This document shows, in pieces, positions 25,207 to 38,756 of a DNA stretch of 64,000 bases. Source of the DNA: Mobula hypostoma. Its lineage: Eukaryota. The stretch's first letter is position 1; the number at the start of each line of letters is the position of its first letter. The stretch spans positions 35,154,001 through 35,218,000 of the forward strand of contig NC_086129.1 in NCBI RefSeq assembly GCF_963921235.1, in the 5' to 3' direction. The position numbers and the translations under genes are program-made. Below the pieces are notes generated by a model. That model did not search any database, had not been told where the DNA came from, and saw only the letters and a program-made list of their open reading frames with translations.

Positions 25207-25640
25207 CTGGAAGTCAAGAGACATTGAATTTTGCACAACATTACATTTCATCCCTTGAAAGATATGAACTCATACAAGTACATTTACCATATGTCAACAT
25301 GCCCTGGCAATTCTTTTGATGGTCTAATGTGTTATTTTAAAAAGTATTTTATCAATTACATTCTTTAAGCAAGGAAGGTCAGCATTTAAGAAACATATCT
25401 TCCACACGCATTCAATCATTTTGTAATTACTTATGTCACAACCATTTTGAGTAGACTATATACCTTGCTGCAAAAAGCTATTTCACAAAATATTTATTTT
25501 ACTACCCAGGTGATTTTTTTGTCCCTTATGGCTTCAAGGGTTCACCTACAACAAAGTTACTTTAAATGAATTAAGTATTGGGCACTGGCAGAATGAGAAA
25601 ATTTATGCAGTCAGAGAATACTTTAATTAATGAAACATAC

Positions 25641-25752
25641 CTGCAAGAGGACAAAGACCTGGAGGTGTATGCTGCCGTACAAAGGAAAGGAATTCATATT
25701 CTGCTTGCTGCAGGCTGATTTTGCTATCCCGCACTGCCTGTGTGAGACCTGA
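25641..25752 (-). CDS. rexo2: REXO2 exon 4
   Basis: [37 protein letters not shown](G), 112 nt, AG/GT. Confidence 0.96.
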
Positions 25753-27639
25753 CTGTAATGGTTAAAAGCAAAGAAGTGTATACTTACTGTTTCAAAGCCA
25801 AAAGCACAAATTCTTGGCAGAGGTCATAATTATTCACACTGTTACAATCAAACCTACAACTAAGGTAACTTCATAGTTCTGCAGCAAATTTTAAGTCAGA
25901 TTAGTGCATTTTTAAAACTTATACCTTAATTTCTATTTACACCACACCCCACAGACCAGCCAAAAGGCCAAGATTTGCCTGTAATAATAATGATAAAAAT
26001 GTCAGTGCTTCCAGTTATTTATAAAACAAGTCCAGCAGTTTATGCCATCTGTTCTTCATCTTACACACTTCCTCAGGACAGAGAGCTTGAACCAGAATTA
26101 TCACTGTGTTGTGAAGTTTGTTAACTTAGCAGCAACAGTTCAATACAATACATGATAATATAGCAAGAAAAATAAACAATTAAATCAGTTATAGTAAGTA
26201 TATATGGATGTATATTGAATATATTAAAAATTGTGCAAAAACAGAAATAATATGAAGTAGTGTTCATGGGTTCGAAGTCCCTTTAGGAATCAGATGGCTG
26301 TTCCTGAGCCGCTGAGAGTGTGCTTTCAGGCTTCCGTATCTCCTTCCTGATGGTAACATTGAGAAGAGGGCACGTCCTGGGCAATGGGGCGGGGGGGGGG
26401 GGGTCCTTAATAATGGATGATGCCTTTCTGAGGCACCACTCCTTGAAGATTTAAAGTAGTCTAGGGAAGCTAGTACCCAAGATGGAGCTGACTAATTTTA
26501 CAACTTTCAGTAGCTTCTGTGCAGTAGCCTGCACACGCACCCCCACCCCCTCCCCATACCAGAGAGTGATGTAGCTTGTCAGAATGCACTCCACAGTACA
26601 TCTATAGAAGCTTTTGAGTTACTTCCAGGGCACCTTATCTCGATCAGCAGAGCTCAATAGATACCCTGAGAATCACAACTGCTTCCAAGATATGTACATT
26701 TAATAAAGATGCCTTGACTTGCTTGTGGAAGGTGGCCATGAGCGATTATTTTTTTTTTAAAAAAGAAAAGAACATTAAAAAGCCAGTGCACATCAGCCAG
26801 CACTTGGTCTAGGCAGCAAGGTCTTGGTCCCATGACATGGAGATCCGAGACAATTTGAGACCAGGCTCAGATGCTTATCACCAAATATAATTGGTCTACA
26901 TTTCTCATTGCCTCAGTAACCAGCATAATCAAAGCCCTTTCCCAACCTCTCTTTCATCAGGCAGAAAATGGAAAGCTTGAAACATGCACCACAAAACTTA
27001 AGGACAGCTTCTATCCCACTGTCACAAGGCTCTTGAATGGACCTCTTGTTTACTGAAGATGAACTCTTGACCACACAGATTTATCTCACCTGGGTCCTTG
27101 TACCTTACTGTCTACCTGTTTTTCCTTTGTATATATCAAAGCACTTTGTTTTTGGAATGATGTGTATGGATGGCTAACAAAACAAAGTTTTTCACTATCT
27201 AGGTACTTGCAACAAAAATGAACCAATACCTGCTTTGACCATAATAAATATTGTCTCCGAGAAGAGCAAATGCAATCCAACAATAGACCAGTGGCCAGAA
27301 TGACGTGAATTTGAATATCCAATGGCCCACTGGCTTCAAAAGCAAATGCATTTAGGAATGAAAGCTTTCTAACCGACCTGAGTTACTGAATCTGACTATA
27401 TTTTGTCACAATTTCAGAATCACATCCATTAAAAAAAACACACAATGCAAGCTTAAAAAGTCTACACCCCTTCATGGTTTATTTCTTGTTTTATGTATAT
27501 TAATCATCCAAGTTACATTTTCCTGATTTAGACCTTCTCAGCGAGGGTTCTTCAATCCGATTCCATATTTAGAACATTTACATGGGTAGTTTGTTATGCA
27601 AACAAAAGAAATGGTATAAAGTCACAAAATATTAGAAGG

Positions 27640-28310
27640 CAGGCCCAACAAATAGTTAAGCAGGCAGCCTGCATATTGCCATTTATTGAACTTTCCTTAA
27701 GACTGGGAAAGCTTTATTACAGTTGTTTAGGGGGATTTGAGGCTACGCCTGGAATACTATGTATAGTTTTAGTGCCCTTAGCTGAAAGGATATAGTAACA
27801 TTGGAGGCAGCCCAAAAGAGATTCACCAGGCTAATTCTTGGGAATGAGAGGGCTGTTCCATCAAAGATGTTAGACTGTTCCGTCAGTATTCTCGGGTTTA
27901 GCAAAATGAAGTTTCACCTTGTATGAGGGATGACCTTATATAAGCATATGCATTCAAAGATCCCAAGGGGGCTTGATAAAGTACACATTGGGATGCTTTA
28001 AATAGGGGGAAGAGTCCAAAAAAAGGGGGACACAACTGGAATCTGTTATTTAAAACTTTAGGTGCCTGAAAGTGTATTCTGAAAATGTACTGAATCACAA
28101 TAATATTTTGAGTCTTCCCCCCCCCACACCCAGAAGATGGACAACAAATCAATAGATCTACTAGGTGAAGGTAATATTTGAAAAATTGAAGATGATTTAA
28201 GAGTTATGGGGAACTGGTACAGAAAAGGTGTTGAAACCAGCATAGATCAGCCATGATTATACTGGATAGCACAGCAGGCTTGAGTGGCCTACTCCTGCTC
28301 TTATTTTGTG
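27640..28310 (+). mobile_element. Degenerate CR1 3' fragment
   Basis: Remnants of the LEYCVQFW...RFTRLI region plus CR1 3'UTR (gatcagccatgat...ggcctactcctgct). Confidence 0.6.
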
Positions 28311-28730
28311 TATTGGAAAAGTGATATTAGGTTTGAACATTTGGATTTCTATTGCAAGGTCAAATTCATCAATTTCCATTATCCCACAAAGCATTCAGAC
28401 AACCACAGTATGTATACAACTAACCATACCATTTATCAAAAGCACTTACATATCGGCTCCAATCTAAGTTGTAGAAATCCAAAACATTTCAGGACATTAC
28501 AACAAATCCTTCAGGGAGATATCAACAGTTTAAACTTAAGGTACTTGTTTTTTTTCAGAAAAAGGATTTCAATTACTTTTTAAGTTTAATAACTAATCAT
28601 TAATAGTACTTGATGAACCAAAACAGTAGAATAATTATAGCAACTAGAGTTTGGTATTAAATGCAGACCACACATAACTGTTAACTGTGCAGAACTGCCA
28701 ACATAAACACATTAGTAGCCAATACTGTAC

Positions 28731-28808
28731 CTTTCCATGGTGCTGTGCACACCATTCTGACATGCCATCCAACAGCTCATTTGGTTGGTTAACAATCAAG
28801 TGTGGACC
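28731..28808 (-). CDS. rexo2: REXO2 exon 3
   Basis: [26 protein letters not shown], 78 nt, AG/GT. Confidence 0.96.
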
Positions 28809-28906
28809 CTGAGAAGAAATAGAGATTCATACGCAAGTTTAACAGAAATAAATTTCAATAACATTTAACAATAGGTGAATCTTTTCAAAAATTGAAGGTC
28901 CCTTAC

Positions 28907-28990
28907 CTCAGCTAATATATTCAATTCTGCATCAGTTATAATGCAAGCCATTTCTATGATCTTATCTTTTTCTATATCCAATCCAGTCAT
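28907..28990 (-). CDS. rexo2: REXO2 exon 2
   Basis: [28 protein letters not shown], 84 nt, AG/GTAAG. Confidence 0.96.
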
Positions 28991-30095
28991 CTGTTTAGAA
29001 AGAAGAAAAATATCAGACCATAGTGTAACTTTAGATTAGACTGACAGTATAAGCACAATCCTACAACACACTAACCTTTGAAAGTATAAAGCTCCTTCGA
29101 TAGCATAGAATAATTATTTGGTTTGTTTTATCATTTTCTTAAAAAACACATGCAATAGGGAAAAAAAATCCGTGGAATTTTTGGTCCTGCTGAAGGGTCT
29201 CAGCCCAAAACATCAACTATGTTCTTTTTCCATAGACCCTGCCTGGCCTGCAGAATTCCTCCAGCATTTTGTGTGTGTTATATAGCTTTTGATTTCTCCC
29301 CCCCCTCCCCCCCCCACAAACCCACACCAAATTTCAAACATTAGTGCTTTGGCTATTAACATTCCTTGCAGCATTAAATACACATGGATGAAATTAGGCA
29401 TAAAATGCACAAAGTGAAATTATTATTCAATTATACAACACCCAGCACACACATTGGATAGAGATCATTTTCAAATTTCATTAGTTTCCTTTTTATGTAT
29501 ATCACTAACTTGGCCAGGTACCAGGACCATGAGTTTTAGCTCTCTTTTAATTCAATATCATATTCCAACTGTTCACATCATCTGTGCATATCCATTCGCC
29601 ACCTACTTCAAATCAACAAACTCACCAGCAGTGGTAATAACTCTCCCTTGGCACATTACATATGCAGGAACACCAAACATAACAATCTTCCTAACTTTAA
29701 TTCCTGTTGAATTGAACCCATGTGTCAACATATTTAAAACACGTCAGTAATTAAATTATAATTTGACTGCTGTGACAAGGGGAAACCAAATAATTTCACA
29801 CAATATTTTGCTTCATTATTTACTTGCTTCTGTAAAAAAGTTAACTTCCGAGAAATTAAACAAAAATACAAGTAAAAACAAGGCAGGCAAATAAATACAT
29901 TTTTATCGGAATCTGACCCATTTAAAGCACAGGATAATTCATGAAAAGCAACATTAATGTAACTACTAGAGAGCTCCTTTATTTTTGTTTGCAAATTATG
30001 AAACAAGTGAATAGACGACACTTTCCGTTCTCTAGATTCCTTAATAGGGGAATGATTGACAACTAAAGAATTGTTCGTACAGCAAGACAAATTAC

Positions 30096-30350
30096 CTCTA
30101 AATCTACCCAGACCATTCTCTTTGCCATATCTTGTGCTTCCACAGTGGTGAGACGCCGAGGCATCAGCAAAGCTGCAGGACTCGAAGTGAATACGGGCTG
30201 CCGAGAAGCCAGAAACGGGCGGCCGACAGAAGGCGTAAAGCTACCGAACAAGCAATTAGCAAAATGACTACCCCTCCAAGACCAGAGCACAGCCACAGTG
30301 CACAGAGACTCCACTTTAAGGCCAACCCTGAAACCACGCAGCATCAACAT
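30096..30350 (-). CDS. rexo2: REXO2 exon 1 (putative mitochondrial presequence plus start of the DEDDh domain)
   Basis: MLMLRGFRV...MAKRMVWVDLE then GTAATT. Spliced CDS is 846 nt (281 aa) with DLE, HAD and SHRALDD catalytic motifs intact. The choice of start codon is less certain than the 3' part. Confidence 0.9.
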
Positions 30351-30600
30351 GAGCCTGACCGCAAAGTCGCCAATCGGTTCCCGCGCGCCTATCAGCAGGC
30401 CCCAACCACTGTCGCAAAGCGCATCATAAAATCTGATGGCTTTACGATATTAGCCCACTGGTGGGGCTGTGACTGAATTTCTGTTACAGTGCAAATTAAA
30501 ACAACGCGGACAGTTTGTCGTCAGCACGTTTTTTAAAATTATGTATGCTGTTTAACGTCCATATCATTAAATTAAATTAATTAAATTAAATTAAGCTAAT
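30351..30600. promoter_or_regulatory. rexo2: rexo2 promoter region, possibly bidirectional
   Basis: CpG-rich; gccaatc at 30369-30375; cgcgcctatc; AT-rich (ttaaa)n block at 30567-30594. Confidence 0.5.
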
Positions 30601-33600
30601 ATGGCTGGTGGGTTGTCTCTCGTCTGTTGCACGGTGTTGCTGCCGTCTCATTCATTCGCGTTAGCTATGAAGTCTCTCTGCGTGCAGAGTAATCACAGGC
30701 CCGTCCATTCAACTGGGGCAAGTCCTAGACTTGACGTGCCTGTACTATCCACCATACACTGGCTGACCGAGATGGGCGGTTGTCTCCGTCAGTTTGATTC
30801 CCGCACTGGAATTAGCCGTTCCTCAAATCACACGGTCACATCAGAGAATCGTCTATCAGATCCGAGAAGAACCGAGACTCGTTGATTTAAAGCGGATTCT
30901 CGATCAGCCGATTTGGAGGTCCACTGCAAGGTAATTTTAAAAACACACTTTGCTTTACCTTAATATTTTAATGATTATCTACAAATGATTTCACGACATA
31001 TGTCGATGATATTAAATCTGATTCTGATTAGTTTATTTTCATATACAGCCCGGTGTATTAAAATTCCTTGTTCGTGTGAAGCTTACAGAGTAAAGAGACT
31101 ACTTGGTAAAAATGCATGCAGCATCGAGCGCAAAAGAACAGAAAGGTGCATTTTGAAGTAGTGCTAAAAGAAATGCTAAAGCGACAATAACGGAATAATC
31201 GAGAGAGGTAGAATTGAGAACGTGGCAGCACCACCGGTAAGGGGATGTGAAAGGTCAATTACTCTTTTTCACTATTAACGTTTCCATGGTGTTCATTTTG
31301 TGTGTTTAAATAAAAATGTTCTGAAACTGAAAATTCACAACAGGCAAAACAGAGAGGCAAAATGTACTCCTCAAGCTTTGCCCATTGTCAGGTATTCAGT
31401 TCATGGGCCAGGACTTTTGTACCGCATTGTTCTGTACCTCAGACCATGTCCCTCCCACCTCAAGGACGTGGGGATATAGTGATATCACCAATGAAATATC
31501 CGCCCAGTTAAGTGTGGACGTCCAGCGATTTATAGTGGTGATTCTGGGTGGTGGAAAAATGTTTGAGGTTTTCTGATTTTTTTAATGCCATTCAACCCAT
31601 TAAATCTGTGAAGACTCAAGAGATTGCAGGTGATGGAATCTGGAGCAACAATCATGTAGAACGAGAGTCGAGTCCATGTTGACTTTCTGATCAATACCAG
31701 TAATCCCATTTCTGTCAGACTTATTCCCTGCCACACTTATGTTAAAACCCCTAATCCTATTTTCATGTCTTTAAATTTTCTGTCAAGCTTTGCAGATAAT
31801 GAGTATGCTTAGCTCTGGTTGAGACAACTTTGGTTGCCAACTGATGCTTTTTTCAACAATTGAACCTCGATATTGCGGACTAAAAGGTTCAAAGGTTCAC
31901 TTTATTGTTGAAGTGTGCCTGTATAATACAACTCTGATATTTGTCTACTTCAGATAGCCATTAAATATAGAAAGACCATGGGTGTCGATGAAAGAAAAGA
32001 CATCTACTCCACCCCCCCCAACAACCGGTATGAAAAAGAAAGAAAGAAAACTCGCAGACCACAAAATACCTCCCTTCGCTTGCGGCAAAAAACAGGCACA
32101 ATAACAATCAACAACCCCTTACAGGTAATAATCCCCAACCCCCTCACTCGCAGAAAAGAACGGCGACAGTAGCACCAAATCCCCAACCCCCCCCCAGCAC
32201 ATACAAAATAGTAACCGATCACCCACCTGCCAATCATCCACAAGAAGGAAAACACTAAAAAATTATAGGAAATTGTAGGAAACAGTCCAATAATCACATA
32301 AATCTCAGAATATGGGAAATGTCTTTTTGTCTGCATACGAGGAGAGCAGCCACGTGAACTCAGTCCTTCCATAAAGAGTGACCGCTAACCCGGGTGCAAG
32401 TGCCACCAATCTGGCTGCTGACTGTCTCTGTTGGGAGTCATCACTGACCTGCTCCAGACTCTTTGACCAGGGATGAGATGTAGGCTCGTCACTCTTGGCA
32501 TTTAACCTGTTGGAGTTCAAAAGTAATAGATGAGGCTTAGTTTCTTCTTACTAACTAATTCACTGATAACATGTGCATTATCTCTTTGCTGATATATTTT
32601 AATTAAGTTATTGGACTGAGAGTCAAACCAAAGCCTTTCTTGTCTTCCTGGTTCTCTACAGTGTTGGTATTATTTGATGAGTTGCATTGGGAGCAAACTA
32701 CAAAGTATGAATATGTTTCCAATAACAGAAGTTTATTGCTTAAATCCAGGTGTTCAGTTTGGGTAGATTAATATTGTTGGATTGACAAAATGACTGAAAT
32801 CTGTTACTGTGCCACTTCTGATATGAAATCATTCTTCTGTCTAGAAAGACTCATTTAATGGGTAGCTATTTTGGCGCTGTAGATCTAGAAGATTCATCAC
32901 AACCACAACCCTCACCACCATTGAGGACATCTTCAAGAGGCAGTACCTTAAGAAGGTACAGGGTTTCACTATAAAGACCCTCAGCATCCAGGACATGCCC
33001 TCTTCTCATTACTACCGTCGGGGAAGAGGTACAGGAGCTTGAAGACCCTCACTCAACAATTCAGAAACAGTTTCTTCCACTTCGCCATCAGATTTCAGAA
33101 TGGTGCGGGAACATGACAGTTTTTTTTGCACGATTTATTTTGTACTTTATAGTAGTTTTGATTTTGCGATTTACAGCTGCAGCAAAACAACAAATTTCAC
33201 ATCATAGAAGACAGTGATAATAAACTGGATGCTGAAGGTCAATACATAGGGGCAGCAGGACATGAGATTATGATATCATGGATTATGTATAGCTCCAATA
33301 TTGTATTCTGGCTTCCTTGATCTAAGAAACACTATGCCATTTTCTGTTCCAATTTATTTATAAAAGGATTATTTTTAATATTTATATTCCATGTGTTGCT
33401 TATCTTTGTATCAGCAAACTTGAATGTGGATAATTTTTAAAAATTGTTTTATCTTAATGTTATCTTGCCACACAAAGTTGTTCATGAACAATAAAAGAGA
33501 TTTGAGAGCACAATACAGGCTGCTATGGGATGTCGCCAGTAATAGCCTGTTAATTAGAGTACTTGCATGTTATCCCCTATTTAGGTCTTCAGCTCAGTCA

Positions 33601-34556
33601 TCATTAGTTTGGCTTCAATTCCATGAGCTTCAGTTTTCACTAATTGTGTCTTTAAGATGAGCTCTATTGACTGGAAGTCCATACAAGTAGATGTTCCTCT
33701 ATCTACTATTTACAGTTCTCTTTTTCTAAATTTTAAAATAAAAGCTTCTTTGGTTCAGTAAACATGACTTGTCTTTTATACATGGATGCTGGCTGTTCGA
33801 TCAGCTTAAAAAAAAATCAGTGCCCTCAACGTCTTCTATGCCTGCTTTGAAGATAACTACAGCTGTGAAGATCCCTGCTGCACCCGATGACCCTATGATC
33901 TCTGTCTCAGAGGCTGATGTTAGGCTATCTTTAAAGAGACTGAGAGTGGACCCTCGCAAGGCGGACGGTCCTAATGGAGTACTTGGTAAGGCTCTGAAAA
34001 CCTGTGCCAACCAAATGGCAGGAGTATTCAAGGACATTTTCAACCTATCACTGCTACGGACGGAAGTTCCCACTTGCTTCAAAAAAGGCAACAATTTTAC
34101 CGGTGCCTAGGAAGAACAATGTGAGCTGCCTTAATGACTGGTAGCACTCACATCTACAGTGATGAAATGCTTTGAGAGGTTGGTCATGACTAGACTGAAC
34201 TCCTGCCTCAGCAAGGACCTGAACCCATTGCAATTTGCCTATTGCCACAATAGGTCAATGGCAGATGCAATCTCAATGGCTCTCCACACGGCTTTAGACC
34301 ACCTGGACAACACCAACACCTATGTCAGGGTGCTGTTCATTGACTACAGCTCAGCATTTAATGCCATCATTCCCACAATCCTGATTGAGAAGTTGCAGAA
34401 CCTGGGCCTCTGTACCTCCCTCTGCAATTGGATCCTCGACTTCCTAACCGAATGACCATAATCTGTGTGGATTGGTGATAATATCTCCTTCTCACTGACG
34501 ATCAACACTGGTGCACCTCAGGTGTGTGTGCTTAGCCCACTGCTCTACTCTTTCTA

Positions 34557-35542
34557 CAGGTGTCCCCCGCTTTTCGAGTGTTCGCTTTACGTAACCTCAC
34601 TGTTACGAAAGGCCTACATTAGTTCCCTGTTTTCGCTAACAGAAGGTGTTTTCATTGTTATGAAAAAAACCAGCGCGCGCCCTGAGCAGCCGCTCTCCCC
34701 CGGATTTGGAACTGCATTCTTGCCGGCATTGCTTAAACACGAGCCTCTGAGCAGCCGTTAGTAAGATGAGTTCTATGGTGTTGGAAAAGCCTGAAAGAGC
34801 TCGTAAGAGTGTTACACTTAGCGTAAAACTAGACAATTAGGTGCCGCCCAGCACGTAATTGTCAGCCCAGATCAGAGGCGATGCAATCGGCACTGATCTG
34901 GGCTGACAATTACGCGCTGGGTGGCACCTAATTAATTAGCATGTTTATTTCAGTTTTTTTCTTAAAGATGTGCTGGGTGCCTCCCGGCTACCGCTGCATG
35001 CTTCGCGGATCGGTATTGGTCGGCGGCCTGGAGGGTGGAGGCCACTGCACCACCCAAACTCCAACGACTTAGCCTAACACACCATCAGTGTGCTCGGCGC
35101 TGTCCCAATTACGGTAAGTGATATACACTGTACATATATTATTTCTACTTTATATCGGCTGTGTATTTTTACGTGTTATTTGGTATGATTTGGCAGCTTC
35201 ATAGCTTAAAGGTTACTGGAGAGTGCTTGCGCCGTGTTTCTGCGGAGAGCGCTTGCGTGAGATTTTCGCTACGGAGAATAGTTCAGGCAATGATTGTGAT
35301 AAAGTATTTTTACTCTATATAGACTGTGTATTTATCATAACATTACTGCTTTTACTATATGTTACTGTTATTTTAGGTTTTATATGTTATTTGGCATGAT
35401 TTGGTAGGTTATTTTTGGGTCTGTGAATGCTCACAAAATTTTCCCATATAAATAAATGGTAATTGCTTCTTCGCTTTACGACATTCCGGCTTACGAACCG
35501 TTTCATAGGAATGCTCTACCTTAGGATGGTGGGGGAAACCTG
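34557..35542 (+). mobile_element. Tigger/pogo-type non-autonomous DNA transposon
   Basis: TA|CAGGTGTCCCCCGC ... GGTGGGGGAAACCTG|TA imperfect TIRs with TA target duplication. Internal MSSMVLEKPERARKSVTLSVKLD resembles a CENP-B/Tigger N-terminus. Confidence 0.8.
34835..34933. repeat. 99-nt near-perfect inverted repeat inside the Tigger element
   Basis: aattaggtgccgcccagcacgtaattgtcagcccagatcag...ctgatctgggctgacaattacgcgctgggtggcacctaatt. Confidence 0.9.
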
Positions 35543-38289
35543 TATACCCATGACTGTGTGGCTAGGTACAGCTCAAATACCATCTAAAAATTTGCTGATG
35601 ATACAGCCATTGTTGGTAGAATCTCAGGTGGTGACGAGAGGGCGTACAGGAGCGAGATATGCCAACTAGTGGAGAGGTTTCGCAGCAACAACCTGGCACG
35701 ACGTCAGTAAGACGAAAGAGCTCACTGTGAACATCAGGAAGGGTAAGACGAAGGAACACATACCAATCCTCATAGAGGGATCAGAAGTGCAGAGAGTGAG
35801 CAGTTTCAAGTTCCTGGGTGTCAAGATCTGAGGATCTAACCTGTTCTCAACATATCAATGCACTTATAAAGAAAGTAAGATAGCAATTATACTTCATTAG
35901 GAGTTTGAAGTATTTGGTATGTCAATAAATACACTCAAAACCTTCTATAGATGTACCATGAAGAGCATTCTGACAGGCTGCATCACTCTGGTATGGAGGG
36001 GCTACTGCACAGGACCGAAAGAAGCTGTAGATGATTGTAAATTTAGTCAGCTCCATCTTGGGTACTAGCCTACAAAGTACCCAGGACATCTTCAAGGAGC
36101 AGGGTCTCAGAAAGGAAGCGTCCGTTATTAAGGACCTCCAGCACCCAGGGCATGCCCTTTTCTCACTGTTACCATCAGGTAGGAGGTACAGAAGTCTGAA
36201 GGCACACACTCAGCGTTTCAGGAATTGCTTCTTTCCCTCTGCCATCCGATTCTTAAATGGATATTGACCCCTTGGACACTACCTCATTTTTTAAAATATA
36301 CAGTATTTCTGTTTTTTGCACATTTTAAAATCTATTCAATATACATATTTTGTGCAGATCACAAACACCATCTCCACCTTGCTGATGATCAACACTGGCG
36401 CTACTCTCTCTACACCCATGGACAGTGTGGCTAGGTATTTCACAAATGCCATCTATAACTTTCCTTATGATGCAACTAGTGTTGGTAGAATCTCAGATGG
36501 TGATAAGAGGGCATACAGGAGTGAGATCTACTAGCTAATTAAATGATGTCATAGCAACAACCTTGCACTCAACATCAGTAAGACAAAAGAACTGATTGTG
36601 GACTTCAGAAAGGGCAAGAGAAGGGAACACACACACGCCAGTCCTTGGAGGGATCAGAAGTGGAAAGAGTGAGAAATTTCAGGTTCCTAGATGTCAATAT
36701 CTCTGGGGGTCTAACCTGGACCCAACGTATTCTGTTAACAGTATCAAAGAACCAAAAGCCTTCCTTTAACAAGGCCAAAGTTTTTGTGGTGGTCATTACT
36801 TTGGCTCGTTGTCTGATCCCTCCTTCTTTATACTGACTATTGCCCTCTGCACTCTGTCCTGATGAAAGGTCTTAACCTGAAACCTTTGCTCCCTTAGATG
36901 CTGTTTGATCTGCCTATTCCCTCCAGCAGTTTTTCTTTTGCTCCAGATTCCTCCATCTACAGTATCTTGTGTCTCTAGCAAACATGACTCTGATACACAG
37001 ACTTCCAATTGCAGAAACACCCATCAACCATTATCCTCTGCCTTTTATCTGTGAGTACTGGTGGTTATTTTTTAAATGTACAATTATATTTAATGGAATA
37101 GTTTTCAATAAATGCAAATGCATAATTTTGTGGATGTTAGGTATCTATACCAATCAAAACCAAAACCAAAGAGCTGATTAACACGCAAAATGCTGGAGGA
37201 ACTCGGCAGGCCAGGCAGGCAACTTTTTGGGCCGAATCCCTTCATCAGGATGAGCTAATTATCGGCTACAGGAGGGAGAAGCCAGAGGTCCATGAGCAAT
37301 CCTCATTAGGATATCATAGGTTGGAGAGGGTCAGAAGCTTTAAATCCCTTGGTGTTAGCATATCAGATGACCTGTCTTGGGACCAGGATATAAGGGTTTT
37401 CACAAAGAAGGCACAACAGTGCCTTTATTTTCTTTGAAGTTTGCATAAATTTGGCTGTCGCCAAAAACTTTGACAAACTTCTATAGATACACAGTGGAGA
37501 ATATCCTAACTGGTTGCAGGAAAACACCAATACCCAGGTACAGAAAGACTACAGAAAGTTGTGGATATAGCCCAGTCCATCACAGGAAAAGTCCTCCCCA
37601 CCATTGAGCACATTTTTGTGGAGTGCTGCGTGAGAAAGCAGCATCCATCATCAAAGATCACTACTATGCAGGCTTGCTGCTACCATCAGACAAGTCTTGG
37701 GTCCCACATTACCAGCTTTAGGAACAGTTAATACCCTACAACCATCAGGCTCCTGAACTGGTGTGGATAACTACTCACCACAACTCTGCATTGATTCGAT
37801 GACCTCCTGGACTCTTAGTATTATTTATTTTATTTGCAGTTTCTCCTCTTTTGCACATTGGTTATCAGTCTTTGTTTGTGTATAGTTGTTAGTAAATTAT
37901 TTTATATTTTATTTTTTCTGTAAATGCCTACAGGAAAATGAATTTCACATATATACTTTGATAATTTGAACTAAAATGTCAGAAAATGTTGGAATCAAAG
38001 TCGAGCAGTTTCGTGCGGAGGGATGCATGGTTTGAAGTGCTAGTCTCCTGAAATACTAACTGTTTTTCTCTCTACAGATAGTCTAATTTGCATGTATAGT
38101 TCCAACATTTACTGTTCTTTTTCAAAGCATTTTAAACAGTTAGTTTATATTTATGTATATTATATAAAATACAATACTTCTATTCCATATCAGTTTCTAA
38201 ATATTGTTAAAGGTACCGTCAAAATTTTGTGATGTAGATCCTTGATAACTATATTTTCAAAAGTCACAAACAGGAGAAATTCTATAACA

Positions 38290-38715
38290 CAAACACGAGG
38301 AAATCTGCAGATGCTGGAATTTCAAGCAACACACATAAAAGTTGCTGGTGAACGCAGCAGGGCAGGCAGCATCTCTAGGAAGAGGTACAGTGGACGTTTC
38401 GGACCGAGACCCTTCCTCAGGACTAACTGAAAGAAGAGCTAGTAAGAGATTTGAAAGTGGGAGATTTGAAATGTCGACTGTACCTCTTCCTAGAGATGCT
38501 GCCTGGCCTGCTGCGTTCACCAGCAACTTTTATGTGTGTTAAGAGAAATTCTACAGATGCTGGAAATCCACTTAACACACACAAAATGCTGGGGTAACTC
38601 CCTGCCAGGCAGCATCTATGGGAAAGAGTAAACAGTCGACGTTTCGGGCTGAGATCCTTCGCCGATGCTGCCTGGCCAGTTGCGTTACCCCAGCATTTCG
38701 TGAGTCTGTTGCTCA
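38290..38715. mobile_element. Two tandem fold-back Penelope pseudo-LTR derivatives
   Basis: Inverted arms 38328-38400 / 38468-38540 (73 bp, 3 mismatches by eye); second fold-back at about 38543-38715; hammerhead-like motif at 38389-38424. Confidence 0.8.
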
Positions 38716-38756
38716 TGTTTAAAAGGTACAAAGTTTGTGGTCTGAAATCGAGGTTA

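Larger units (their letters stand above)
33851..36330 (+). mobile_element. Rex1/Babar-type LINE (5' truncated), split by a Tigger element
   Basis: [55 protein letters not shown] | KFADD (after the insertion), QHPGHALFSLLPSGRRYRS...FFPSAIRFLN. Confidence 0.85.

Noticed and set aside
36857-36893. CUGAUGA...GAAAC hammerhead-like motif on the + strand; similar remnants near 10.8k, 29.2k, 37.2k and 56.2k
   Set aside because: Stem I, stem III or core nucleotides are decayed, so these are unlikely to be active.
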